Source: an uncultured Nitrososphaerales archaeon (GTDB lineage Archaea; Thermoproteota; Nitrososphaeria; Conexivisphaerales; DTJL01). Taken from it: DNA of 64,000 nt. Positions 52,941 through 61,590 of this stretch are shown here, in pieces (within the stretch, counting starts at the first letter, position 1; every line of letters starts with the position of its first letter). Position numbers and translations under genes: made by a program. Location: assembly GCA_964475215.1 (NCBI GenBank), contig CAYYVT010000187.1, forward strand, positions 3,506 to 67,505. The letters are read 5' to 3'. The notes under the pieces were generated by a model, which searched no databases, had not been told where the DNA came from, and was given only the letters and a program-made list of their open reading frames with translations.

Positions 52941-53680
52941 CTTGACGCCATCCCACGAATCACGTTCAAGGCCTCCTGTGGCGAGAGATCTTCTACCCGT
53001 TTCACAAGTAACCCCTCGTCCAATTCCGTCAAACCTTCCCACAACCGTCTCCTCTTAGAATCTCTTACGAAAGAACGTACGCGCCTTCCCCGGTAACTGA
53101 AAAGCAATTTCAACTTCAAAGCGACTAAACCCGCGTTAGAAAAGGTCCTCAGGCGTTCCAATTTCAGCGCAGAAGAATACACCTTCGGCCGTGGCTCAAA
53201 GGCCATGGGAGGTATGACAAACAATTCCTTCATCCGAAAGCAGTAACAGGCTAAAACTGAGTATGTACCATATTTACGACTTCCCGGCTTCGAACTGATT
53301 TTGTCTACGAAATCCTTCTGAAGCACAACCAAGCCTAATGGAGTGGAGGAGGCGGCGAACCACTCCACGAAACTTCTTGAAGCATAGTATGGGAGGCTAG
53401 ACACCACTACATCATGTCTTTCGTCATCAGAGAATCCGTCTCCCAAGATAAGTCTTAATCTGGGATTTCCCATGATGCGTTCTCTTGCTATCGAATACAG
53501 TCTGCTGTCCAGCTCGTAGCCTATCACTTTGAATCCGGCTTGAAGCAGCCTCTCTGTCAATCGTCCGTCTCCCACCCCTATTTCTAGCACCTCCTTGGTT
53601 TCAGGTGGCACTTGCTCAACCAAATCCTCTAGCACTCGATTATCAGTCAAGAAGTGCTGCCCAAGCTTGGCCGACTTCAT
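52937..53680 (-). CDS. ksgA: 16S rRNA (adenine1518/1519-N6)-dimethyltransferase KsgA/Dim1
   Basis: LGQHFLTD, VLEIGVGDGRLT, SSLPYYAS. Confidence 0.88.
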   Translation of the reverse strand: MKSAKLGQHFLTDNRVLEDLVEQVPPETKEVLEIGVGDGRLTERLLQAGFKVIGYELDSRLYSIARERIMGNPRLRLILGDGFSDDERHDVVVSSLPYYASRSFVEWFAASSTPLGLVVLQKDFVDKISSKPGSRKYGTYSVLACYCFRMKELFVIPPMAFEPRPKVYSSALKLERLRTFSNAGLVALKLKLLFSYRGRRVRSFVRDSKRRRLWEGLTELDEGLLVKRVEDLSPQEALNVIRGMASS

Positions 53681-53683
53681 AGC

Positions 53684-54247
53684 CTATTTCCTGATGAATA
53701 TGTTGATGCGTGTCTGGCCGGTGAGTTCGTCGTATACTCTCTTCGCTATCTGTTTTGCAGGTTCTTTCAAGCCCACTCTGGCTTGAATGTCGGCGAATGA
53801 TTCGAAGGGTTTTCGGTCTCTCGCGTCCAAGATTTCTACTGTTAATGTCTTCCCGATTCCTGGGATCAACTCTAGCGCATGCAGCCTAGGCGTTATCGGC
53901 TGAAGATTGTTAAAGTAACTGACGTACTTCTGCTCTCCATCCCTGACCAAGGCTTCGATTACGAGCGGGAGTTCGTTCTTGGCCCCCTGCGTGAGGTCTT
54001 CGTAGTTGAGCTTGCCCAAAACACTGATGACTTTGTCCCGACGGTCCTTTCCAATGTATACCTTTTCCTCCTGTGCGAATTGAGCGTTATTGAAAGCTAG
54101 CAGTTCCAGGAGTGTCAGGTACTCCTCTCCTAGGGCTTGGACGATGAAGCCTTCCCTGTTGTGAACTATTTTCGAGCGGGCCCTAGGCATGAAATCGAGG
54201 ACATACGAATACTCTTCATACTTCTTGATTTGAGGTTGAAAGGTCAT
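53684..54247 (-). CDS. DUF655 family protein (OB plus HhH, conserved neighbour of ksgA in archaea)
   Basis: YEEYSYVLDFMPRARS...QALGEEYLTLLEL...PITPRLHALELIPGIGKTL. The internal ATG at 54247 is the likely start. Confidence 0.7.
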   Translation of the reverse strand: MTFQPQIKKYEEYSYVLDFMPRARSKIVHNREGFIVQALGEEYLTLLELLAFNNAQFAQEEKVYIGKDRRDKVISVLGKLNYEDLTQGAKNELPLVIEALVRDGEQKYVSYFNNLQPITPRLHALELIPGIGKTLTVEILDARDRKPFESFADIQARVGLKEPAKQIAKRVYDELTGQTRINIFIRK

Positions 54248-54383
54248 TTGGCTATCCACTTGTCTCTTCGTTTTAGAATTGCAGATGGCAGCCTGGGCGG
54301 GAAAACGAGCTGTCGACGTCATATGTTCCCATCGAGCCCACTTCGTCAGACATGAAAGAAACGTCGGAACTAAGATTTAAAGA

Positions 54384-54737
54384 TTAAGACGAGGCTTTGG
54401 GCCGCCGAGAATTCAGGATACTCAGTATTTTATCCAAAACGTCAGTTGGAGTCAATTTCCTCCAACCCACCGTGAACGTCCGGAGCTCCTCACGGGTCTT
54501 CGGCATTATGTTGACAACTTCGACGGCCTCCTGCTCCGTCAGACCTGTCTCCTTGACCAACTCCCTTACCATCGCCCTAGCATCTTCGCCGTCGATGCTA
54601 GAGAACTTGGTCACGTAATCCAATGTTCTTTTCTGAATCTGGTCGGCCTTCTCAGGATCAACTTTCTCCAGCAGTTTCTTGGCTTCATGGATTGTAAGTG
54701 GTTTCCGTTCCATTTCTTCAACCAAGAACCCATTCAC
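54384..54737 (-). CDS. rpoF: DNA-directed RNA polymerase subunit F (Rpo4)
   Basis: 117 aa: LTIHEAKKLLEKV...QKRTLDYVTKFS...LTEQEAVEVVNIMPKTREELR. Confidence 0.8.
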   Translation of the reverse strand: MNGFLVEEMERKPLTIHEAKKLLEKVDPEKADQIQKRTLDYVTKFSSIDGEDARAMVRELVKETGLTEQEAVEVVNIMPKTREELRTFTVGWRKLTPTDVLDKILSILNSRRPKASS

Positions 54738-55012
54738 TTGATTGGTTTGACGTGTTCCAAGCGCGCTATTATCCTTTTGGTCTTGTCTCCGACCGGGACG
54801 TCGACTACTACAGCCCGCGGCCTGACTTCTTGGATGACACCAACCAAGCCTTGGAACCTCCGGTGGGGCATGCCTTTGGGCTGACTCGGCTCGATGTCTA
54901 TGGCGACCTTCTGACCCACACTATACTCAATCATAAGCCTAGAGAGCCCTGGTCTGGCTTTCGATGTCAGCAGGCTTCTGGTCTTGCGTCTGACTCCTTT
55001 ATGGTGTGGCAA
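54734..55012 (-). CDS. rpl21e: 50S ribosomal protein L21e
   Basis: MPHHKGVRRKTRSLL...GQKVAIDIEPS...GMPHRRFQGLVGVI. Confidence 0.9.
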   Translation of the reverse strand: MPHHKGVRRKTRSLLTSKARPGLSRLMIEYSVGQKVAIDIEPSQPKGMPHRRFQGLVGVIQEVRPRAVVVDVPVGDKTKRIIARLEHVKPIK

Positions 55013-55074
55013 TGAACTCTCACGGTTGCTTGCTTACAGCAGGCCTCCTTGCTCCCCATAATTAATGCTTTTCC

Positions 55075-56256
55075 TCAGTCGCTAACCCTATGAAATCCGA
55101 CAACATCGCTTTCCGCCATCAAGACCCGGTTCGTGGGCAACAGGTCTGCAAAGCTAGGCTGAATCTCCGCTGCCTTGCCTTCCGCGCCCGTCTTGATGGC
55201 GAGTAGCTGTTTGAGGCTTATCCTATTGTCCAAGAGGAAGCGCATTCTTGCTCTTCTCCCTGAGTTGAAAACTACCAATTCGTGGACCCTGTTGGGCTTG
55301 GACCTCCTGTCACCAAGTACATTCAAGTCCCTTTTCTTGTATGCCTGCTCCAATAGCCTGATATCGGCGGCGCTCAGTTCGGATTCGAAGTCTGCGGTAA
55401 CAAAGACTTCTTTACTCAAGTCCTCTATCTTGTTCCTTTCCAACGGAGCGAGTTCTACCCGGGTGAATTGGACGCCCACGGTGGGTGTCATGTTAAGCTG
55501 GAAGAGGCCCGATTCTCTTCTGCTCGGAGCTACCACCTCTAGGTAGGTCGGCCTTCCGCCTCCCAAGATCAAGGTGGAATCTTCCTCTATTCCAGACCAG
55601 CTGATCCTAACCTTTGCGCCAGCGAAGGCCTTCAGGAAGGCGTTCACCAAAGCGGCTTCCACACTTGGCTCATCCCTCACTATGCCCGTCCAGCCACATT
55701 CCCCGCAACCTTCACCCCGGCAGGTTAGACATGCCGTTGCCCTGACCGGAATCCCTCTTTTCAGCTTGAGGTATTCTGCATAGATGGTGATGGGCTTGCA
55801 TTCAACTATGATGGATTCTTCCGGGAGGCCGATTCTTACCGTTACTTCCGGATTCCTCAAAGAAGGAGTCTTATGTAGTCGCTCGGCCAGATCCCGCCTG
55901 AACATCGTCGTCAACCCCTTCTTCAAAGTGATTCCGCTACTCAGTCTAAGCTTGGACCTCATCTCATCTTCATTGTCTACAGAATCATTGGACAACATTA
56001 CTCCAACTTGAAATGTCGAGAACTCGATTTCGCAAAGTTCGTCGACTACACGGCTTTCAATTTCCTTTCGCCGCTCGAAGACATTGCCACAAAACTCGCA
56101 CGTCTTGGAGGGCGTCAAGCCGAACTTCTTCGCAATCAGGGAGCCGACCCTTTCTATTTCGCCCTGTGAAGATGCGTATTGTCTGCCTAGACACCAAGTG
56201 CATAACGCCTTTTCTCCAAGTATGCTCTTGGCTGACGCCTTCGTTGCACCTCTCAT
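55075..56256 (-). CDS. pus10: tRNA pseudouridine(54/55) synthase Pus10
   Basis: N-terminal zinc module (CTWCLGRQ...CEFCGN), second Cys cluster (CLTCRGEGCGECGWTG), and Pus10 length and colinearity. Confidence 0.8.
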   Translation of the reverse strand: MRGATKASAKSILGEKALCTWCLGRQYASSQGEIERVGSLIAKKFGLTPSKTCEFCGNVFERRKEIESRVVDELCEIEFSTFQVGVMLSNDSVDNEDEMRSKLRLSSGITLKKGLTTMFRRDLAERLHKTPSLRNPEVTVRIGLPEESIIVECKPITIYAEYLKLKRGIPVRATACLTCRGEGCGECGWTGIVRDEPSVEAALVNAFLKAFAGAKVRISWSGIEEDSTLILGGGRPTYLEVVAPSRRESGLFQLNMTPTVGVQFTRVELAPLERNKIEDLSKEVFVTADFESELSAADIRLLEQAYKKRDLNVLGDRRSKPNRVHELVVFNSGRRARMRFLLDNRISLKQLLAIKTGAEGKAAEIQPSFADLLPTNRVLMAESDVVGFHRVSD

Positions 56257-57588
56257 CTAGACTAGGCCGCTCCCCTTGAGCTGCTTTAAGAGCTGCTTGT
56301 TCATCCGCATGCTCTTCGCGTTCTTCATCATTTTCTTTCCTTGCTCGAAGGCAGTCAGCATATCTTTCACATCCTTCTCTGAAACCCCTGATCCTTTGGC
56401 GATCCTCTTGGTCCTAGACGAGTTAATCAAGTTAGGATCTTTGCGCTCCCTTGGGGTCATGCCCCTGATTATTGCCCTCCATTTCTTGAATTTCTGTTCC
56501 ATTTCTTCTGCAGCCCCCTCTTCCAGTTTGGGCAGGCCGGGCATCATCTCCATTATCTTCTGCAGAGGGCCTAGCTTGTTCAGTTGCTCCATTTGGGCGT
56601 AGAAGTCCTCTAGGGTCATCTTTCCCGAAGTAATCCTCTTGGCGGTGGCTTCATCCACTTCCGTCCCGGCCATTTTGACCTTCTCGATGAGGCCATGAAG
56701 GTCTCCCATCCCTAGCATTCTGCCCGCGAAACGGCTCGGCGAGAACTCCTCCAAGTCATCTATACGCTCGCCGGCAGACACGAAGACAATCTTCGCACCA
56801 GTAGCAGCGGCTGCAGCCAGGGCTCCGCCTCCCTTGGCTGTTCCATCCATCTTCGTGACTATAATTCCACCCACCTTCGTGGTTGCGTTGAAGGCTGCGG
56901 CTTGGGCATAGGCCTGTTGGCCGATTGTTCCATCAATCACCAAAAGCACCATGTCAGGCCGAAGGCGATTCTCTATCCTTTTCATTTCCTCCAGCAATGA
57001 CTTCTCTTCCTTGTGCCGGCCAGCGGTGTCAACCAATATGAGCCGTTGACCTTCACCGACAAAGTGTTTCCTTCCGTCAACCGCTATATCCTCTGGATTC
57101 TTCTTCTCCTCCCAGAACACTTCTGTCTGAGTCCTTTCTCCCAGAGTCTTTAGCTGATCGTAGGCTCCAGCTCGAAACGTATCAGCGCATACAAGACCCA
57201 CCTTGAACCCCCTCCGCGTGAAATATCTCGCTAGCTTCCCAGCCGCAGTCGTCTTGCCGGAGCCTTGGATTCCGATCAGTAGAATCGTGTAGGGTTCGGT
57301 GGAAGGAGGATTGAGCTTCGTTTCGGTCCCCATGATTTTCGTAAGTTCATCGTAGAGCACCGAAATGGCTTGCTCCTTTAGGGAAACACCCGGCTTCAAC
57401 CTTTCGGCCATAAGACGATCCTCAACCCTCTTGCTGAGCTCAAAGACCACCCTGACATTGACGTCAGCTTGAATCAGGGCTCGCTGTATGTCTTTGACGA
57501 ATTCCTTGATTGCGACTTCGTCTACGACATCGGCATCAAACAGCCTCTTCACTGCCGACTGTAGGCTTTCTCTAATCTTCTCAAACAT
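56257..57588 (-). CDS. srp54: signal recognition particle protein SRP54
   Basis: [20 protein letters not shown], and a Met-rich M domain (MEMMPGLPK...[10 protein letters not shown]). Confidence 0.92.
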   Translation of the reverse strand: MFEKIRESLQSAVKRLFDADVVDEVAIKEFVKDIQRALIQADVNVRVVFELSKRVEDRLMAERLKPGVSLKEQAISVLYDELTKIMGTETKLNPPSTEPYTILLIGIQGSGKTTAAGKLARYFTRRGFKVGLVCADTFRAGAYDQLKTLGERTQTEVFWEEKKNPEDIAVDGRKHFVGEGQRLILVDTAGRHKEEKSLLEEMKRIENRLRPDMVLLVIDGTIGQQAYAQAAAFNATTKVGGIIVTKMDGTAKGGGALAAAAATGAKIVFVSAGERIDDLEEFSPSRFAGRMLGMGDLHGLIEKVKMAGTEVDEATAKRITSGKMTLEDFYAQMEQLNKLGPLQKIMEMMPGLPKLEEGAAEEMEQKFKKWRAIIRGMTPRERKDPNLINSSRTKRIAKGSGVSEKDVKDMLTAFEQGKKMMKNAKSMRMNKQLLKQLKGSGLV

Positions 57589-58300
57589 CAGCGGTTTTGT
57601 CTCTCAGAATAGCCTTTTTAATACTTAGTGTCCCTTCGCCTCGATTCCAAGATTTCTCCGCTTCTGTGATGACAATCCTCTTCTTGAACAGGGGCATGTC
57701 TAGAACGAACGTCTCTCCCTCTCCCCCCTCAAGAGATGGATTGAACCTGTTCCTTCTCGCGAGAGAAATTAGTTCCTCTATCTTCTCTGCGTCCAGCTCG
57801 GCTCCTACCCATTCTGGACCTAGCCCCAGCGCAGCTACTCGTGTGACAATCGCCCTGAAGCCCGCAGGCACCAATCTCCTAAGGTATCTCTCTTCATCGG
57901 CCCCCCAGAGGGGGCTTAGCCCTTCCAAACCATTAAGCTCGAATACCCTACCGAACTTATCCATTTGATACCTACTTTTCACTGCCCCCGTGACGACGCC
58001 GACCACCTCAAATCGATTCTTCGCATCGGCGACCATTTCAGACAGACAGCGTATTTCATCTTGGCCTTGTTCGACATACTGCGCCAAGAGGGGGATTTCA
58101 AGCGATTCAGCCTGCAGCCCGGTCAGCTCGGTGTTGGGAAAATGAAAGAGCATGCTTTCCACGTTGGCCGGCCTTATGGAAAGAAGACAAGCAATCTTGA
58201 ACCCCGCGTTCACAGCCTCGAATAGAGCGTAGTTGCTGTCCTTGCCGCCCGAATACAGGACAGCCACCCTCGCTGGGTTGTGGGACCTCTCATCACTCAT
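57581..58300 (-). CDS. dph6: diphthine-ammonia ligase (Dph6, MJ0570-type ATP pyrophosphatase)
   Basis: PP-loop VAVLYSGGKDSNYAL and family colinearity. Overlaps the srp54 start by 8 nt. Confidence 0.75.
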   Translation of the reverse strand: MSDERSHNPARVAVLYSGGKDSNYALFEAVNAGFKIACLLSIRPANVESMLFHFPNTELTGLQAESLEIPLLAQYVEQGQDEIRCLSEMVADAKNRFEVVGVVTGAVKSRYQMDKFGRVFELNGLEGLSPLWGADEERYLRRLVPAGFRAIVTRVAALGLGPEWVGAELDAEKIEELISLARRNRFNPSLEGGEGETFVLDMPLFKKRIVITEAEKSWNRGEGTLSIKKAILRDKTADV

Positions 58301-58415
58301 AATCTACATCACAGGTGTCAGCCGGCTCTTCCGTGTAATCATTGAGGCCGGGCTAGTCCTCGCCCGCTCCGTTCATTAACTTAACTGCCCGGATGTAGAA
58401 TGACAGATTTATTAA

Positions 58416-59279
58416 ATGCCTGCCTCAACACCTAGTTCGATGGTCCTGGCGGCTAAGGTAGTGAAGAACGTCGCCGTGGTTTCGAAGACGAGCGTCATAG
58501 GCACGCCAGCTCTGAACGAAATCATCGACGTCCTTACCGCCCATTTCGATGTCTCCCTCGTGGCTCCTGCCAGACACCGCAATTGCAAAGACCTCCCTTC
58601 GCTTCAAGCGGTGGCGTTCGACAAACAAGATCTCGTTTTGAGCTTAGGTGGCGATGGGACTCTCCTCACCGTCGTACGCGGCCTGAGGAAGCAAATGCCG
58701 ATCTTGGGCCTCAATCTAGGAGGGCGGGGAGTTCTCAACGAGCTTGAACTAGGAGACCTTCCGATTGCCGTCGAGAGGTTGAAGTCTGGCGATTACTACA
58801 TTGAACGACGCATCAGGCTTAGAACGAAGGCTAACAAGAAGACTTTACCGGACGCACTTAACGAGGTATATCTCGCCAGGCCGCATCACGATGTTACTCC
58901 GTCATTCTTATTACGGTTCCTTGATAGGTCGATGTCGTCCAAGATGGATGGATTAATAATCTCGACGCCGACAGGGTCGACTGGCTATTCTTATTCGGCA
59001 GGCGGTCCGGTCGTGTTTGAGTCGCTTGAGGTCTTCATAGTTGCTCCGGTGTTACCCATAAACCGGATCCCTCCCGTGGTCCTCCCTGTTCAGGACATCA
59101 AGGTATCCTCGAACTCCGCCTTTGACGTTACCATAGATGGGCAACAGGTATTCGATGCAAAGGAAGGAGACGAGATTCACGTTTCACTCGCCCCCGAGCC
59201 GGCCCTTTTTGTAAGGTTCAGCCCCCAGCCTTTCAAGCAACTTTCAAAGTTATTGAGTGAAAATGTCATACAACAATAA
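58416..59279 (+). CDS. nadK: NAD kinase
   Basis: LSLGGDGTLL, NLGGRG, and ISTPTGSTGYSYSAGGP motifs. Confidence 0.88.
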   Translation: MPASTPSSMVLAAKVVKNVAVVSKTSVIGTPALNEIIDVLTAHFDVSLVAPARHRNCKDLPSLQAVAFDKQDLVLSLGGDGTLLTVVRGLRKQMPILGLNLGGRGVLNELELGDLPIAVERLKSGDYYIERRIRLRTKANKKTLPDALNEVYLARPHHDVTPSFLLRFLDRSMSSKMDGLIISTPTGSTGYSYSAGGPVVFESLEVFIVAPVLPINRIPPVVLPVQDIKVSSNSAFDVTIDGQQVFDAKEGDEIHVSLAPEPALFVRFSPQPFKQLSKLLSENVIQQ

Positions 59280-59790
59280 GGAACGCACCCTGGTCCTCGA
59301 CACATCGGCTGTCATAGCAGGTCTACTACAGTCAGGCATAGACCTGAAGATGTACACCACACCTTCGGTTATCGATGAGGCAAGAGGAAGAGGCTATTCG
59401 TCATTCCTCCGTAAGGAAGCGCAGAATGCAAGAGATCTAGCCGTAATGGAGGCCACGCCTGACATCATGAACACGGTAAAGGCCAAAATTAGACAGATGG
59501 GAGAGGGCGCTAGGCTTTCCGACACAGACATCTCTGTCATCAGCCTTGCGATCTATCTTAGGAACGAAGGTCATGCCGATGTCACGATCATGTCCGACGA
59601 TTACTCGCTTCAGAACGTGGCTTCCTCCATGGGTCTGACTACAAAGTCGTCCAACACTCAAGGGATTTCAAAGCAGTTCGAATGGTCATACTATTGCCCT
59701 GCCTGTTTCAAGAGCTACAGCAAACCCCCCAAGGACATGTTGTGTAGGCTTTGTGGCACCAAGCTAAAAAGGAAGCCCATCAAGACCTAA
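59257..59790 (+). CDS. nob1: Nob1 endonuclease (PIN domain plus zinc ribbon)
   Basis: PIN start LVLDTSAVIAG, acidic residues (SDTD, MSDDYSLQN), and a C-terminal ribbon CPACF...CRLCG. Confidence 0.8.
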   Translation: MKMSYNNKERTLVLDTSAVIAGLLQSGIDLKMYTTPSVIDEARGRGYSSFLRKEAQNARDLAVMEATPDIMNTVKAKIRQMGEGARLSDTDISVISLAIYLRNEGHADVTIMSDDYSLQNVASSMGLTTKSSNTQGISKQFEWSYYCPACFKSYSKPPKDMLCRLCGTKLKRKPIKT

Positions 59791-59807
59791 ATGAGGTTGC
59801 GAAGCAT

Positions 59808-60269
59808 TTGGTGAAGGCTAAGGCTGTCAGTTCTCAGCTTCCACCATCCGGGATTTACGCGAAGGGCAGCCTGAATTACGACGAGCTCATGGCCACGACA
59901 GTGAACTTGGTCAAGGGAACGTCTGGCGCCGTCGCTTCATACATCGGACTCGTCAAGGCTTCAGGCCTCGGCAAGAGGGAGGTCGAGGAGCTAGTAATTG
60001 AAACCTATCCACAATACTCCGACAAGATGCTTCTGAAGATATGCGAAGAAATAAAGCGAAAATACAAGCTCCAACTTGCCGTCATCTACCATTTCGAAGG
60101 AAGTTTCAGGGTGGGGGAGACTCTTGTAATGGTGATTGTCGCAGGCAAAAGTCGAAATATCGTCTTCCCCGCTGTCGAAGAAGCCATCCGCAGGTACAAG
60201 ACCGAACCCGCTATCTGGAAGAAGGAAATCTATGGCGGCGGGAGGTCGAAGTGGGTCAACCACCCATAG
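59808..60269 (+). CDS. moaE: molybdopterin synthase catalytic subunit MoaE
   Basis: GAVASYIGLVK...VGETLVMVIVAGKSRNIVFPAVEEAIRRYKTEPAIWKKE. Start taken as TTG 59808 or GTG 59811, after the nob1 stop. Confidence 0.7.
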   Translation: MVKAKAVSSQLPPSGIYAKGSLNYDELMATTVNLVKGTSGAVASYIGLVKASGLGKREVEELVIETYPQYSDKMLLKICEEIKRKYKLQLAVIYHFEGSFRVGETLVMVIVAGKSRNIVFPAVEEAIRRYKTEPAIWKKEIYGGGRSKWVNHP

Positions 60270-60330
60270 ACGGGGGACTGACCCTACTTTCCCGACGAAG
60301 AAACACATGAGCGCGTCGGGTCATAATGGA

Positions 60331-61356
60331 TTAAGGAATCACAGCCTTCTCTATGCTCCTATAGGCTATAGCCTCCGCCGTGGCCTGCCGCTTGATAGCC
60401 TTGGCCGCGTTCATCAAGCTCGACGTGACATTATCTTGTTTAAAGCATAGCTGTCTAAGGGCTTCGTCAATCTCCGACCAGCCGTTAGCCACGGCTCGAA
60501 ACGATTCGGCTACCACCATCAACTCTCCGTTGTTAAGAACAGCGGACGCTTCGTCGAGGAAGCAAGCGAAAAGGTTCCGGAAGCCACCACGTGCCTCGCC
60601 ATCTCCCTCCCATGCTACGTAATGGTTCAATAGTTGGTATCCGAAGTTTGGATTTTTCCACCATCCAGCTACACGTTCGGCGAACCTTTCGATGCCCTTA
60701 ACGCCAGAGAAGGTGGAGCCCCCGTAGAGCATCTGCGCCGCCGTCTTGGTAAGAGCACTCTTCAAGGCACCCTCAAAATTGAGAGGAGGTCTCCATTCAT
60801 AATAAAGACCGAGGTTCTTTGAAGCCATGAAACCTTTCGCCGATCTCGCCCGTTCAATGCTCTGCAGACTAGGCTTTCGTACTTCTTGACTTCCCACGTC
60901 GACCACATAAAGGCTCGATTCGTCGTACCCACAGGCGGTCAAGTAGTGTGCATTGAAATGAGAATTCTTCTCGATGTAGTTCAGATAGAACCGGTCTAGC
61001 TTTAGGCCATACGGCTTGCCACAGTCGAGCCTTCTGAGCAAGTTCGCCCAAGCCTGACTCCGACTGACGGTTTCTTCTATGATGAGCTTTGGACCCAGAA
61101 CCTCGCCCAAGTTCTTGGCCATTTCTCCCGGCCTCGCGGTGCATAGCACCACAGGTTCGCGCATGCCCGTCCTCCTATCGTACCTATCCATATATGTGAA
61201 GCCGATGCCAGAGCCAAGCCCGAAGATCATCGGCTCCGAAAGCTCGTGGCCTTCGGATGCGAGCAGATTCCTGCAGGTGGTCGATTCACATTGCACGCCG
61301 GTGAGTGGTTTGAATCCAGCGACGATCACGACCAGATACCACCCAAGTACGCGCAA
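60331..61356 (-). CDS. BtrH_N/DUF4872-like protein (papain-fold, peptidase-C39-like N-terminal domain)
   Basis: FKPLTGVQCESTTCRNLLASEGHELSEPMIFGLGSGIGFTY matches the BtrH N-terminal signature as I recall it. The C-terminal helical half is like DUF4872. Confidence 0.45.
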   Translation of the reverse strand: MRVLGWYLVVIVAGFKPLTGVQCESTTCRNLLASEGHELSEPMIFGLGSGIGFTYMDRYDRRTGMREPVVLCTARPGEMAKNLGEVLGPKLIIEETVSRSQAWANLLRRLDCGKPYGLKLDRFYLNYIEKNSHFNAHYLTACGYDESSLYVVDVGSQEVRKPSLQSIERARSAKGFMASKNLGLYYEWRPPLNFEGALKSALTKTAAQMLYGGSTFSGVKGIERFAERVAGWWKNPNFGYQLLNHYVAWEGDGEARGGFRNLFACFLDEASAVLNNGELMVVAESFRAVANGWSEIDEALRQLCFKQDNVTSSLMNAAKAIKRQATAEAIAYRSIEKAVIP

Positions 61357-61408
61357 ACGGTATTAAACTAACTACGAGCTTGTTTTTGAAACGCAATTCG
61401 CAGATTGG

Positions 61409-61483
61409 TGGTGGACTGGGGGGGACTCGAACCCCCGACCTCTCCCATGCCAAGGGAGTATTCTACCTCTGAACTACCAGCCC
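61409..61483 (-). tRNA. tRNA-Ala(GGC), intronless, CCA encoded
   Basis: GGGCUGG UA GUUC AGAGGUA GAAU A CUCCC UUGGCAU GGGAG AGGUC GGGGG UUCGAGU CCCCC CCAGUCC A CCA. The G3:U70 identity pair is present. Confidence 0.9.
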
Positions 61484-61590
61484 TCGGTGAGAGCTTCTCT
61501 GGGTGTCACTATATATTTCCTTCGTTGGCCTCAAAAGCCCTCGCGGGACATCCTCGCACCTTCACATGGCCGAATCCGGCAAAAGATTCC

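Noticed and set aside
58301-58415. Possible C/D-box sRNA or other ncRNA in the larger intergenic gaps (58301-58415, 1923-2162, 2251-2436).
   Set aside because: I found only degenerate RUGAUGA-like and CUGA strings, without correct order, spacing or terminal pairing. A covariance-model scan would be needed.
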